From NCBI GenBank assembly GCA_963755715.1, contig CAVWLW010000059.1:32001-96000 (forward strand): a stretch of 64,000 nucleotides of DNA, in the 5' to 3' direction. Origin of the DNA: an uncultured delta proteobacterium. GTDB taxonomy: Bacteria > Desulfobacterota > Binatia > UBA9968. The position numbers and the translations under genes are program-made. The notes beneath the pieces were generated by a model. It did no database searches, was not told where the DNA came from, and worked only from the letters and a program-made list of their open reading frames with translations. The number at the start of each line of letters is the position of its first letter. Positions within the stretch are counted from its first letter, which is position 1. Of the stretch, positions 10,377 to 20,296 are shown piece after piece.

Positions 10377-10520
10377 AAATTATCCTCCGGATTTGTTGAG
10401 AAATATCTTCTGTCCTATAACGCCCGTTCCCTGTCGCTGTCAACGTTTGATAACGATCGGTGAGTTTTTACCAATTCTATAATCATGCAAGACTTCATCC
10501 GCCTGCAATCAAGGCTAACC

Positions 10521-10722
10521 GCCTGCGAAGCCGACGAAGATATTCCCTATCTAGCGGAATTCATCGGCGACGATCACCTGATGATCGGCTCCGACTACGG
10601 TTACAACGATCCGGCCGAGGAGAAAGCACTGGGTCCAGACAATGAAATCGCGCGAAGATCTTTCGGCAGAATTGGTTGAGAAAATTCTGATTCACAACCC
10701 CAAGCAGTTTTACTCGCTGTAA
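10521..10722 (+). pseudogene. 3' fragment of an amidohydrolase, paralogous to 8219-8410
   Basis: ACEADEDIPYLAEFIGDDHLMIGSDYGYNDPAEEKAL...EKILIHNPKQFYSL*, with no 5' part. Confidence 0.85.
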
Positions 10723-10939
10723 AAAATGAACGAACCACATTCAGCGTCTATTTGCAGTCTCAAACTTTTGCCAGACCCCACGGGGCGCTCCCAAAGATTT
10801 GCACAACTAAGCCGAGAACAGGTTGACATAATCGCTTAATATCGGATATTCAGGGGTAGTTGTCTTGCACACTCACACCGAACGAGACACTTCCTAGCAA
10901 GGCGAGTTACTGGCGCGAGCGCACGGAAAAGTTACCAGT

Positions 10940-12361
10940 ATGCGTCACCGGATCATCCATCTCATCAATCCAAAGACCGATTCACTGACCACGCGGCCAT
11001 TGTACCTGAATCGAGCGCTGTACTCGCCGCTCGCGGGCTTGCTCGCCGTCGCCGGCGCCATCCCGCGCGACCGTTACGAGGTCGTCTTGACCGATGAAAA
11101 CATCGAGTCGATCGACTACGATCTCGAGACAGATCTCGTTGGCATCTCCGCCATGACTTGCTACGTGAACCGCGGCTACGAGATCGCCGATGCATTTCGC
11201 GCTCGCGGGGTGCCGGTTGTCATGGGAGGCGTGCACCCGAGCTTCATGCCGCAGGAGGCGCTCAAGCACTGCGACGCCGTAGTAATCGGTGAGGTGGAGC
11301 TTGTGCTGGATAAGCTCCTCGACGATCTGGAGCGGGGCGAGATGCGCGGCACTTACAAATCGGACCGGCTGCATCCGATGAAAAACCTGCCGATGCCGCG
11401 GTACGACTTGATCAAGAAGAACCGCTACGTGAACCGCACGTTCGTGCAGACCTCGCGCGGCTGCCACCAAGGCTGCACGTTCTGCGCCGAGCCGCTGATG
11501 AACGGGCTCAAGTTTCGCTACCGTCCGGTCGAGGAGGTCCTCCGCGAAGTCGAGAGCTGCGGCTCGCGCATGATCTCGATCAACGATGCCGATTTTTTTG
11601 GCACGGCGGAGCGCCCGAAGGAAGTCATGCGCGCGCTCAAGGGTCGTGGAATTCATTGGCAGGCGGGCGTTACCTCAAAGCTCGCGCAAGACGACCGGAT
11701 GCTAGAGCTCGCCGCCGAGAGCGGCTGCACCTTGCTGAGCATCGGTTTCGAATCAATCACGCGTTCCACCTTGACGAGTGTACACAAGCACGTGAACCGC
11801 CCCGAGACCTTCGTCTCCCTCGTAGAGAAGGTGCACTCGTACGGGATCATGGTCTTCGGCCTTTTCATGTTCGGCTTCGACGGCGACGACGGCTCCGTCT
11901 TCGAGGAGACAGCTCGGTTCAACATCGGCGCGAACTACGATGCCTGCGCGTATTCGGTCCTCACCCCCTATCCGGGCACGCTAACATGGTACGAGATGAA
12001 GAAGGCCGATCGCATCGTCTCTTTTGATTGGTCAAAATACGACCAGGCAAACGTGGTCTATCGACCGGCGCAAATGTCAGGCGACGAACTCCGGCTGGGT
12101 CAGAGCTTCGCCTACGAGACATTCTATGCGCCATCGTCCATCGCCCGTCGCTTCCCGCTCCGCGGAGGGCGAAGTCGGCTCCAGTGGTCCATATACAATC
12201 TATTCATGAAGAAGGGTTCGGCGACCGAGCGCAAGGAGGCGGTGGCCGCGCCGACCGACGCGCCGGATGTGTCGCCGATGCCGCCTATCCTCCCCCTCAA
12301 GCGGGAGTGGCGCGAAGCGGTTCTCGAAGGGACAGGAACGCAGGGGCCTCATCCTGCATAA
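10940..12361 (+). CDS. B12-binding domain radical SAM protein
   Basis: N-terminal cobalamin-binding region 'DLVGISAMT...VVMGGVH', 'SRGCHQGCTFC' CxxxCxxC, 'TPYPGT'. Confidence 0.9.
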   Translation: MRHRIIHLINPKTDSLTTRPLYLNRALYSPLAGLLAVAGAIPRDRYEVVLTDENIESIDYDLETDLVGISAMTCYVNRGYEIADAFRARGVPVVMGGVHPSFMPQEALKHCDAVVIGEVELVLDKLLDDLERGEMRGTYKSDRLHPMKNLPMPRYDLIKKNRYVNRTFVQTSRGCHQGCTFCAEPLMNGLKFRYRPVEEVLREVESCGSRMISINDADFFGTAERPKEVMRALKGRGIHWQAGVTSKLAQDDRMLELAAESGCTLLSIGFESITRSTLTSVHKHVNRPETFVSLVEKVHSYGIMVFGLFMFGFDGDDGSVFEETARFNIGANYDACAYSVLTPYPGTLTWYEMKKADRIVSFDWSKYDQANVVYRPAQMSGDELRLGQSFAYETFYAPSSIARRFPLRGGRSRLQWSIYNLFMKKGSATERKEAVAAPTDAPDVSPMPPILPLKREWREAVLEGTGTQGPHPA

Positions 12362-12531
12362 TAGACAGGCCTTGTCCTGGGAGCTGTGAGAGAATTCGCA
12401 CGCACGGTGACCAGGACGCGTAGAACAAATCCAGGTAAATGTCTGATAACGACGAAACTACTCCTGACCGCGCGCCCGCTTGTTAGCCCCTGAATAGAGA
12501 CAACAGATACCTGATAGAAGCCAAAAAGCTA

Positions 12532-12694
12532 AGCACGCTCCGCGCGCCCGCGGCGGTTCTTTCCCAACGCGCTGAAAGCACGCCTCGCGCGAGAACCTTT
12601 CCGCGACTACCGCATCTACGTCTGCTGCGAAGCCGACGAAGACATTCCCTACTTAGCGGAATTCATCGGCGAGGATCATCTGATGATCGGCTCG
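12532..12694 (+). pseudogene. Second decayed 3' fragment of the same amidohydrolase
   Basis: FRDYRIYVCCEADEDIPYLAEFIGEDHLMIGS aligns with 8128-8290. Confidence 0.8.
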
Positions 12695-12877
12695 AATGCG
12701 GGATGGTAGCCATTGCAGGACGGACACGCTAATTCTTTAACCAACCGCGATTTTCTTGCCGTGACAGCCAACCTGTTAAGGTTTGCCCCTATCTGATTCA
12801 CACCAAAGGCTGATCAGGATGATATGAATATGGCTGACAATAGATGCGGCGCCAGCAAATCCAGGGAACACACCCGA

Positions 12878-12906
12878 TTGACACTCCGGGATCACCAGTG
12901 TTAAGC
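12878..12906 (+). promoter_or_regulatory. Sigma70-like promoter
   Basis: TTGACA-N15-TGTTAAGC upstream of 12995. Confidence 0.55.
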
Positions 12907-12994
12907 GAAATTCGATTGTTGCAAAAAAACCGAAAGCGATGTCACGCGGGAATCACCGACGCCTCTACGCTTTGAACTGAAAGACAAAGCATTT

Positions 12995-14020
12995 ATGAAA
13001 CCCCATCTGCTGATTTTGACACTAGTTCTCTGGACAGCCGAAGCCGAGGCGCAAAGTTCTTTCTATCAGGGCAAGACAATTACCGTGTTGGCCGCGGCCA
13101 GCGCTGGCAGCGCCTACGATCTCTACGCGCGGCTGATGGCGCAGTTCATGGGCAAGCATATCCCGGGTAACCCGAATTTCATCGTGCAAAATATGACCGG
13201 CGCGGGATCGATCATTGGCGCGAACTATGTCTACAACGTTTCCAAGCCCGACGGCCTGACCATCGGCGCGATTCAGCCGTCGATTTATTTCAACCAGCTC
13301 ATGAAGCAAAAAGAAGTGAGATACGACTGGGCAAAGTTCGGCTGGATCGGCAGCTCCGACAAGTCCGATTATCTTCTCTATATGCGCGCCGATCTGCCTT
13401 ACAAAACCTTGGCCGACGTGCGAAAAGCCAAGGAACCGCCCAAGTGCGGCTCGACGGGAGCGGGAACTTCAGGCAGTTACATGCCCAAGCTGCTCGAAGA
13501 GACGTTGGGAACGAAATTTACCATAGTCGCGGGATACCAGGGCGGCGGCGAGATCGATCTCGCCGTCGAGCGCGGCGAGCTTCATTGCCGCGCTTTTACG
13601 ATTCAGGCCTATCATTCGCGCGAACCGTACCACACGTGGCGCAAAAAAAACTTCGCGCGCATCCTGATGCAAACCGGCCAGACCCGAGATCCGCGTTTGG
13701 CTGACGTGCCGACCCTGCGCGAACTGATGGACGAGCACAAGACGGCTGAAGCAGATCGGCGCATGGTCCCGATGGTGCTTGCCGCAACTGATTTCGGCCG
13801 CCCTATTGTCGCGCCGCCGGGCATTCCCGCGGATCGCCTGAAAATTTTCCGCGAAGCGTTTCTCAAAACCATGAAAGACCCGGAGCTCCTGGCGGAAGCG
13901 AAACGAAAGAACTTCGATATCACGCCGTCCACGGGCGAAGAGCTGGAAGCGTTGGCAAAAGTCGTCATGGCCCAGCCGCCGGAGATCGTAGAGCGGGTCA
14001 AGATTTTAATGGAGCAGTAG
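12995..14020 (+). CDS. Tripartite tricarboxylate transporter substrate-binding protein (TctC/Bug), stand-alone
   Basis: 'FYQGKTI', 'IPGNPNFIVQNMTGAG', 'KPDGLTI', 'GYQGGGEIDLAVERGE'. Confidence 0.9.
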   Translation: MKPHLLILTLVLWTAEAEAQSSFYQGKTITVLAAASAGSAYDLYARLMAQFMGKHIPGNPNFIVQNMTGAGSIIGANYVYNVSKPDGLTIGAIQPSIYFNQLMKQKEVRYDWAKFGWIGSSDKSDYLLYMRADLPYKTLADVRKAKEPPKCGSTGAGTSGSYMPKLLEETLGTKFTIVAGYQGGGEIDLAVERGELHCRAFTIQAYHSREPYHTWRKKNFARILMQTGQTRDPRLADVPTLRELMDEHKTAEADRRMVPMVLAATDFGRPIVAPPGIPADRLKIFREAFLKTMKDPELLAEAKRKNFDITPSTGEELEALAKVVMAQPPEIVERVKILMEQ

Positions 14021-14142
14021 TCCCGGAATCCGAAAGCGATTTTAATCCGCCGGCGACATGCACCGTCAATTGACACACATCGGTGACGGTGTTAACGCGT
14101 CGAGGAGATAGCCAATCAGCTGAATTAGAAAGCGAGATATCC

Positions 14143-15152
14143 ATGAGCGAAAACTCCACAACTCAGTCCCGTTACATCAAGTCTTATGAAATCCGCCGCG
14201 CCTATCAAGGCGGCGTTCAATACCCGCCCGCGATTAGCGGCGTCCAGGGCGCCATCGACATCCATTGTCACGCCGACGCGGCGCATCAGGACGCGCTCTC
14301 AGTGGCGAAGCTCGCGTCGAAGAACGGCATGCGCGGCATACTTTATAAATCCATAGCCGGCAAGCAACGCGCCGAATCGGTGAAGAACGTGCGCGAAGCG
14401 CTGCACCGTTGGTGCGACGAAGAAAAAGTCGAGCCGATTCTGTGCTGGTCCGGCTGCAACGTCGCCAACCGCGCGGCTCCCCCGTCGGCAGCGAAAATCC
14501 GCGAGCAGCTCGATGGCGGCATCAACGCGGTCTGGATGCCGGTGGCGATGCACGCGAATACGCTGAGCCAGATCGGCGGCCGCAAATCTTGGTGGGACCC
14601 AACTGCCGGACGTGGTGAATTGACACCGGCATTAAGCTGGGACGAAGCGCTCAAGGTCGGCCAATATCTTTTGGATGAACACGGCAAACTCAAACAAGAA
14701 ATAAAAGAGATCATCCAAGTTTTGCACGATCGCGACGTCCCGTTGTTTTTCGGCCACGCGACCCACCCGGAAATCTATGCGTTGGCCGAAGAGTGCCAAA
14801 AATCGGCCACAAAAAGGCTGTGATCGATCACCCCTTTAGCCCATTTGTAAACTTGAGCATCCCGCAGATGACCGAGCTCGGCAAAGCCGGCATGTATCTC
14901 AACTTCACTTACGACGAGCTTTCGCCGCTGCTCGGCGTCGATCCCTTCGACATGTACAAGGCGATCCGCAGCATCGGCGTAGAACAGGTAACGCTCTCCA
15001 GCGATTGCGGCGAACCGCTCTTTCCCAACTCGGTGGAAGGCGTCAGGCAAATGCGCGCCTATATGGAAGCGTTCGGCTTGAGCAAAGAAGAGATCAAAAC
15101 CGTGAGCTGCGACAACCCGGCGAAGATTCTTGGCTTGAAAGCGGCGGCGTAA
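14143..15152 (+). CDS. DUF6282-like metal-dependent hydrolase, frameshifted near 14800
   Basis: 'GAIDIHCH', 'FFGHAT', 'VIDHP', 'LSSDCG', 'NPAKILGL'. The two ORFs join across an A-run (tgccaaaaatc). Confidence 0.7.
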
Positions 15153-15221
15153 TCATCGGCGGCGATCATACTTGCTCGGGAATCAGTCGAATCCCTCTGG
15201 CCTTCGGCGGAAATCAGAATC

Positions 15222-15305
15222 CGTCATGCCGGCGAACGCCGGCATCCAGTTCATTTCGGTGAAGTCCAAAACACCGCCTAGATTCCGGCATACGCCGGAA
15301 TGACG
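15222..15305. repeat. GTCA-type palindromic element
   Basis: cgtcatgccggcgaacgccggcatccag...ccggaatgacg between convergent genes. Confidence 0.75.
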
Positions 15306-15367
15306 AACGTGGAATCGACCTCAGTCAAAAAACTTGAACCTCTCTGATTCTAGCGGAGGTCTTAACA

Positions 15368-16342
15368 CTAACGCTTCGCCTTTTCCGCAAAGCTCCAATC
15401 GCGCACCGCCTGTTGGCTGAGCGCGGCTTTCGGTTTTTCCTTCAGCCTGAAAGTGCCGACGGCCAGCAGGTCGTCGATCACGGAATCGGGAAGAGTCAAT
15501 TCAGGATTATATTGATCGCGATAGAGCTTGAACAGTTTGTCCGCCAGCGCCGGCTCCACGCGCATGATTTTTTGAAACAGGGCGACACTGTATTCAGGAT
15601 TTTGCAGCAGATACAGCGTCGACAGCCTGAGTGCGCGCAAGAGCCGGACGATTTCGTCGGGGTCTTTTTCCATTTTTTTCTGCGTCGCGCCGATGCCGGT
15701 GATCGGAATGCGCACAAACTGACCCAGCTCCTGAGCCGACATGACTATGCGCAGCCCCTGCTTTTCCGCCGCGTACTCCGCCGGGCTGGTGATAACAGTA
15801 GCGTCCACGCTGCCGCTGACCACTGCCGCCAAGCGCTCGGGAGTACCGCCCCCGATCGCGAGGATCGTGAGATCTTTATTTGGATCCATGCCGCTCCGGC
15901 TTAGCGCGGCATAAGCCGCGTAGTCCGCCGAGCTGCCGAAGGAATTGATGCCGATTTTCTTGCCGCGCAATGCTTTGACGTTGTCGATTTCCGGCCGCGC
16001 AACCATGAAATAAGAGCTGTTCTTTGTAACCGCCGCCAATATCCTCACAGGCAACCCGCGCGCCGCCGCGCCGGTCAAGAACGGAAGAATCGTCGCGTAA
16101 TCCAGGTCGCCGGTCAGCAGCGCGGTGAGCATCAGATTCGTGCCGCGAAACGTGATCAGCTGAACCTTCAGGCCCTCCTTATCGAAAAATCCCTTTTCAT
16201 TGGCGACGACGTACGGCAGCGTGGTCCAGCTGCCGATGCCCGACCAGCCGAGATTGACGTCTTTGGCTTGGGCCACAGATGCTAAGGCGAAGCACAGCAA
16301 GATTGTTAGAGTCACCTTGGAGAACACACTGACTTTTCTCAT
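15368..16342 (-). CDS. ABC transporter substrate-binding protein, NMT1/SsuA-like
   Basis: Signal peptide, 'EKGFFDKEGL', 'LRGKKIGINSFGS'. Confidence 0.85.
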   Translation of the reverse strand: MRKVSVFSKVTLTILLCFALASVAQAKDVNLGWSGIGSWTTLPYVVANEKGFFDKEGLKVQLITFRGTNLMLTALLTGDLDYATILPFLTGAAARGLPVRILAAVTKNSSYFMVARPEIDNVKALRGKKIGINSFGSSADYAAYAALSRSGMDPNKDLTILAIGGGTPERLAAVVSGSVDATVITSPAEYAAEKQGLRIVMSAQELGQFVRIPITGIGATQKKMEKDPDEIVRLLRALRLSTLYLLQNPEYSVALFQKIMRVEPALADKLFKLYRDQYNPELTLPDSVIDDLLAVGTFRLKEKPKAALSQQAVRDWSFAEKAKR

Positions 16343-16670
16343 TAGGTTCGATCCTCTTTCAAAATCATTTCGTTGCGCAAATTTGACCCACAGAATCAGC
16401 GGCGATCAGGGATGTTCTGCCGTAATTTTCGGAGATTTGCCAGTAGCGCCCCTTTACAATACGAACGCGCGACGCCACGCGGCAGCGAGTGTTTTTGGAA
16501 TACCACGGCTGCCATTCCGAGCGCACCTACGCATTTGCTTTGTACTCAACAGCCGCCGTCAAGACTCGATTAACCACATGTAAGGAAACTGATATGGTGA
16601 TTTCTACCCGGTGACGTGCCCAACTAATAATAAACGTATGCGTCGCCGGCCCGGAAAGGAGAATCCTAAA

Positions 16671-17054
16671 GTGAGCGTACAGCTAAATCACACGATCGTT
16701 TGGTGCCGGGACAAGGAAAAGTCGGCGACTTTTTTCACGGAAGTCTTCGGCCTGCCAAGCGCCACTCCCTTCGGACCGATGCTCGTCGTCCCGCTCAACA
16801 ACGACGTGTCCATCGACTTCTACGAAAACGACGGCGAGATTTCCTCCCAGCACTACGCCTTCCTGATCAGCGAAGAAGAGTTCGACCAGATCTTCGCCCG
16901 CGTCCGTGATCGAGGGCTCAAGTACTGGGCCGATCCCTACCGAAAACGCCCCGGCGAGATCAGCCGGAACGACGGCGGCCGCGGCATATATTTCGAGGAC
17001 CCCGACGGCCATTTCCTCGAAATCCTCACACGACCGTACGGGAGCGGTGGGTAA
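16671..17054 (+). CDS. VOC/glyoxalase family protein
   Basis: GTG start after AAGGAG; 'LNHTIV', 'HYAFLISE', 'YFEDPDGHFLE'. Confidence 0.85.
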   Translation: MSVQLNHTIVWCRDKEKSATFFTEVFGLPSATPFGPMLVVPLNNDVSIDFYENDGEISSQHYAFLISEEEFDQIFARVRDRGLKYWADPYRKRPGEISRNDGGRGIYFEDPDGHFLEILTRPYGSGG

Positions 17055-17423
17055 ACGATGGCGACAAAAGAGTTAGTAGAATTAGGCAAGTCTGTCCCTA
17101 ACGGCACACTTGTGATCACCTGTCTCTCGTTAACCGATTGTTTATTAGGGACGCGGACTGCGGAGCTCGGCGGATACCTTAGGCTCGGTGCTGGACTGCG
17201 AATGCAGAGGATCCAAATATACGGAAACATCTTTCCGTCTTTATCGGCTTGTCTAATCCGAGAACACTTTACAAGTCCTCGTCCCCATTGTAAAAGCGGT
17301 CCAAGTGACAGCGGTGCGAACTGTAATATACAGAAGGAATGCAGTTCTATACGGAACCAGATAATCTTGGTTAGGCCGGACTATTAAACTGAAACGACGA
17401 TTCTACTGTCAATCCAGAGCCCT

Positions 17424-18551
17424 CTGAAGCTCGGATTCTTCATCCAGCCGGTCCACCCGCCATCCCGCCCCTATGCGGACGTTCTCCGCGAGGATCGCGA
17501 AGCGGTCGTGCTCGCCGATCGACTCGGCTATCGCGAGGCCTTCATCGGCGAGCATCTCGTCGACGCGGCCGAGACGATCACCTCGAGCCTCGCTTTCATC
17601 GCGAGCCTGGCCGATGCTTGCCCGTCGATCACCTTCGGTACCGGCGTGCTTCCGCTCGCCAACTACCACCCGGCGATGGCGGCGGCGCAGGTCGCGATGG
17701 TCGACCACCTGGTGCAAGGCCGGCTCGTGCTCGGCGTGGGGCCCGGCGTTCCCGGCGACGCGGAGGCATCGGAGACCTGGGCTCGGACCGCAACCGCAAG
17801 ACCCAGGAGGCGCTCGAGCACATGTGCCGGATCTGGAGCGAAGAGCCGCCGTACCGGATCGAAGGCGAGTTCTACCGGACCACCACGGAGCGCTCGCTCG
17901 ATCCGACGATCGGGGTGGGCGTCGCAGTCCGCCCGCTGCAAAGGCCGCATCCGCCCATCGCCATCACCTCGATCCGCCCGGACGGCCGGGGACCGCACGC
18001 GGCGGGAGCTCGCGGCTGGACCGGGATCTCGGCGACGCTACGTCGGCGCGTACGTCGTCCGCGCCCAGATCGAGAGCTACCTGGAAGGCCGGCGATCGGC
18101 GGGCCTGTCAGCCGACGCCTCCGGCTGGCGCGTGGCGCGCAGCGTCTTCGTGGCCGATGACGAGACCACGGCGCGTCGCTACGCGCATCGCGAGGACGGC
18201 GCGCACGGCTTCTACTTCCACGTGATGAGAACCAAGCTCGCGAAGGCCGGCGCGCTGGACGTGATGCGCGACTTTCCCGACCAGCCGGATTCCGAGCTCT
18301 CGACGAAGCGGTGCCTCGAGCGTCTCGTGATCGCGGGAACCCCGGAGAGCGTCGCGGACCAGATTCTCGCATTCCGCAACGAGGTCGGCGCGTTCGGCAC
18401 CCTGCTCTACACCGGCCACGACTGGGCCGATCCGGCGCTCGCCCGGCGCTCCATGGAGCTCATGGCGAACGAGGTCTGGCCCCGGATCGATCGGGCCGTG
18501 CATGGGACGACACCGAGAGAGCAAAGCGGCGGGAAGGTATATTCTGACTGA
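17424..18551 (+). pseudogene. Luciferase-like (LLM class) flavin monooxygenase with no ATG start and two compensating frameshifts; cassette 1
   Basis: 'LKLGFFIQPVHP...ADRLGYREAFIGEH'. The middle part (~17765-18035, 'PLQRPHPPIA') is in another frame; C-terminal 'IAGTPESVADQI...RRSMELMANEV'. Confidence 0.75.
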
Positions 18552-18557
18552 TAGATC

Positions 18558-18616
18558 GCGCAACAATTGCATGCAGCCGACGCAGCAAGAGGGCGCGGCT
18601 GATGCTGACGTTCATC
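18558..18616 (+). mobile_element. Degenerate integron attC site (59 bp)
   Basis: GCGCAAC-AATT-GCATGCAGCCG...CGGCTGATGC-TGAC-GTTCATC, with AAC/GTT cores and an extrahelical base, 6 nt after the LLM stop. Confidence 0.55.
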
Positions 18617-18656
18617 CGCGCAAGGCTTCACGACGCCATCAATCCCAAAGGAGCAC

Positions 18657-18990
18657 ATGGCCAAGTACCTGATCTCTTTTCCAAGCGCGGCGATGGTTGT
18701 GCCGATGGCGAATGGGGGACAATGGTGCGACGCACACGCTGTGATTGATGAGGCGAAAGCCGCCGGTGTTTACGTCTTCGGCGGCGAGATCGACGAAGAC
18801 GTACCGCCCATACTCGTCTCTGCTGACGGCGCAGTTAAATGGGCGGCTATCCTTGGGCGCCCACGCTCGATGGCGGCTGAACCGAGTTGGAACGACTTCG
18901 CGCGATGAGGCCACCGCTTGGGCGGCGCGCAGCCAAGGCCTGACGCTGCGACCAAGAACTGGCGTGTTCGGGTTCGACCCGAAGTCCTAA
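18657..18990 (+). pseudogene. YciI/YCII-related protein, frameshifted; cassette 2
   Basis: 'MAKYLISFPSAAMVVP...AVIDEAKAAGVYVFGG'; C-terminus 'FGFDPKS*' in another frame; AAGGAG RBS. Confidence 0.65.
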
Positions 18991-19025
18991 GGTCGAATGC
19001 CGGAAACGCCGCGGCTAAGATGAGG

Positions 19026-19084
19026 CCGTAACAATTCATTGAAGGCGAATTTGGCCTCGCGAGGGCTTAATCCAGACGTTAGGC
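19026..19084 (+). mobile_element. Integron attC site (59-base element)
   Basis: CCGTAAC-AATTC-ATTGAAG...CTTAAT-CCAGAC-GTTAGGC resembles the classical TAACAATTCATTCAAG...GCTTAATTCAGGCGTTAG consensus. Confidence 0.7.
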
Positions 19085-19118
19085 GACTTATGTTTGCGGT
19101 GGTGCTTTATGCGAATTT

Positions 19119-19586
19119 ATGAATCCCGACATCATTCATGCTCTTGAGATCGCCGCTATCGTGGTCGCGGGGACGTTGACCGGCAGCGAACTTGCCGTGG
19201 CGGTGTTTTTTCACCCTCGTATCAGCCGCCTTGAGGACGCGGTGCATATCCGAGCCGCTCAGACATTGGCGAAGGTCCTCGGCACGGTGATGCCATTCTG
19301 GTATCCGCTTACATTTCTGCTTGCCCTTGCAGTGACTTTCGTTGCGCACACGACCCGAAGCACGCCGTGGTGGCTGGCACTCGCCTCGACGGTGCTTTTT
19401 GCCCTCATAAGTGTTTACTCCGTGCTCTTGCCCGTTCCCATCAACAACCAGGTTGCCCGCTGGCAGCCAGATTCTGTGCCAGCAAATTGGCGGGATTTGC
19501 GCCGGCGCTGGGATTTGCTTCATGCCATCCGGGTCGTCTTTTTAGTTATCGCTTTGATTCTTCTCGTTGCATCATGTGTTTACTAA
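19119..19586 (+). CDS. DUF1772 (anthrone oxygenase-like) membrane protein; cassette 3
   Basis: Four hydrophobic segments, 'PVPINNQVARW', 'RRRWDLLHAIR'; bracketed by attC sites. Confidence 0.8.
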   Translation: MNPDIIHALEIAAIVVAGTLTGSELAVAVFFHPRISRLEDAVHIRAAQTLAKVLGTVMPFWYPLTFLLALAVTFVAHTTRSTPWWLALASTVLFALISVYSVLLPVPINNQVARWQPDSVPANWRDLRRRWDLLHAIRVVFLVIALILLVASCVY

Positions 19587-19593
19587 GCCAGTC

Positions 19594-19686
19594 GCCTAAC
19601 CATGCGCTGCAGCGAACCCGGCATGGCGTCGTGGTTTGCAATCGTTGCGTCCCGTGCGCCGGGTCGCTGAGCTTGGGTCGTTGGGC
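19594..19686 (+). mobile_element. Integron attC site (93 bp)
   Basis: R'' GCCTAAC, L'' GCTGCAGCGA, long central stem (ACCCGGC...GCCGGGT), L' TCGCTGAGC, R' GTTGGGC. Confidence 0.85.
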
Positions 19687-19805
19687 CGCACTACACGCCA
19701 TGCCAAACGGAAAACCAGGTGACCATCCGATGGTTTGACAACCTCTACACCCCGGCAATAATCTTAATCGACATTTAGAGACATTACTTTTTCAAGGAGG
19801 CTCCC

Positions 19806-20201
19806 ATGTTCGATATCAAAGGAATCAGAACTTTTGCCACCAGCGCCAAGGATCTCGACAAGGCGGTGGAGTTTTATACCAAAGTGATCGGCGGCCAGAT
19901 CGTCAAAAAGGTCGAACCGACCGAAGAACAGAAAAAAGCCGGACAAGTGAAGGAAGTCGACGTCAGGCTCGGCAATTTCGAAGTGCATCTGTTCGATGCG
20001 TCGATCAAACCGCGCGAAGTCGACCCGCATCACACGCTGAACATTCCCTGGCAGGAAAAAGACAGGGCGCTTTCGTCGCTGCAAGACATCGGCGCGAACA
20101 TCGAAAAAGTCCGGCCGCACCGAGACAGCGATAATTATTCGATCAACGTCTTCGATCCCGACGGCAACCGCTGGGAACTGTCGTTCGTGAAGGGAAACTA
20201 A
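19806..20201 (+). CDS. VOC/glyoxalase family protein
   Basis: 'DLDKAVEFYTKVIG', 'FDPDGNRWEL'; AGGAGG RBS. Confidence 0.8.
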   Translation: MFDIKGIRTFATSAKDLDKAVEFYTKVIGGQIVKKVEPTEEQKKAGQVKEVDVRLGNFEVHLFDASIKPREVDPHHTLNIPWQEKDRALSSLQDIGANIEKVRPHRDSDNYSINVFDPDGNRWELSFVKGN

Positions 20202-20216
20202 ACCGAAGTTAAACTC

Positions 20217-20288
20217 GTTCAAGTAGTTCAAAGCATCCGAACCGATCCGGACCTATTGAACTACTTGAACGGCTTGAACGATTTGAAT
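20217..20288. repeat. GTTCAA/TTGAAC 9-mer inverted-repeat element
   Basis: gttcaagtagttcaa...ttgaactacttgaacggcttgaacgatttgaa; other copies near 1277-1296, 29866-29904 and 38002-38163. Confidence 0.75.
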
Positions 20289-20296
20289 CTTCTACT

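Noticed and set aside
9210-10463. Long antisense ORFs (also 24458-25420, 44362-45456, 52588-53649)
   Set aside because: Shadow frames of well-supported genes in GC-rich DNA, with no family motifs.
12440-12490. attC-like TAAC...GTTAGCC after the radical SAM gene
   Set aside because: No internal complementarity between the cores.
17058-17420. Possible integrase, attI or further attC upstream of the cassettes (gtccctaa...ttagggac inverted repeat)
   Set aside because: No tyrosine recombinase motifs and no convincing L boxes; only an AT-richer spacer of unknown origin.
20217-20288. Short tandem repeats as a possible CRISPR array
   Set aside because: Units are 7-9 nt and inverted, there are no unique spacers, and no cas genes are present.
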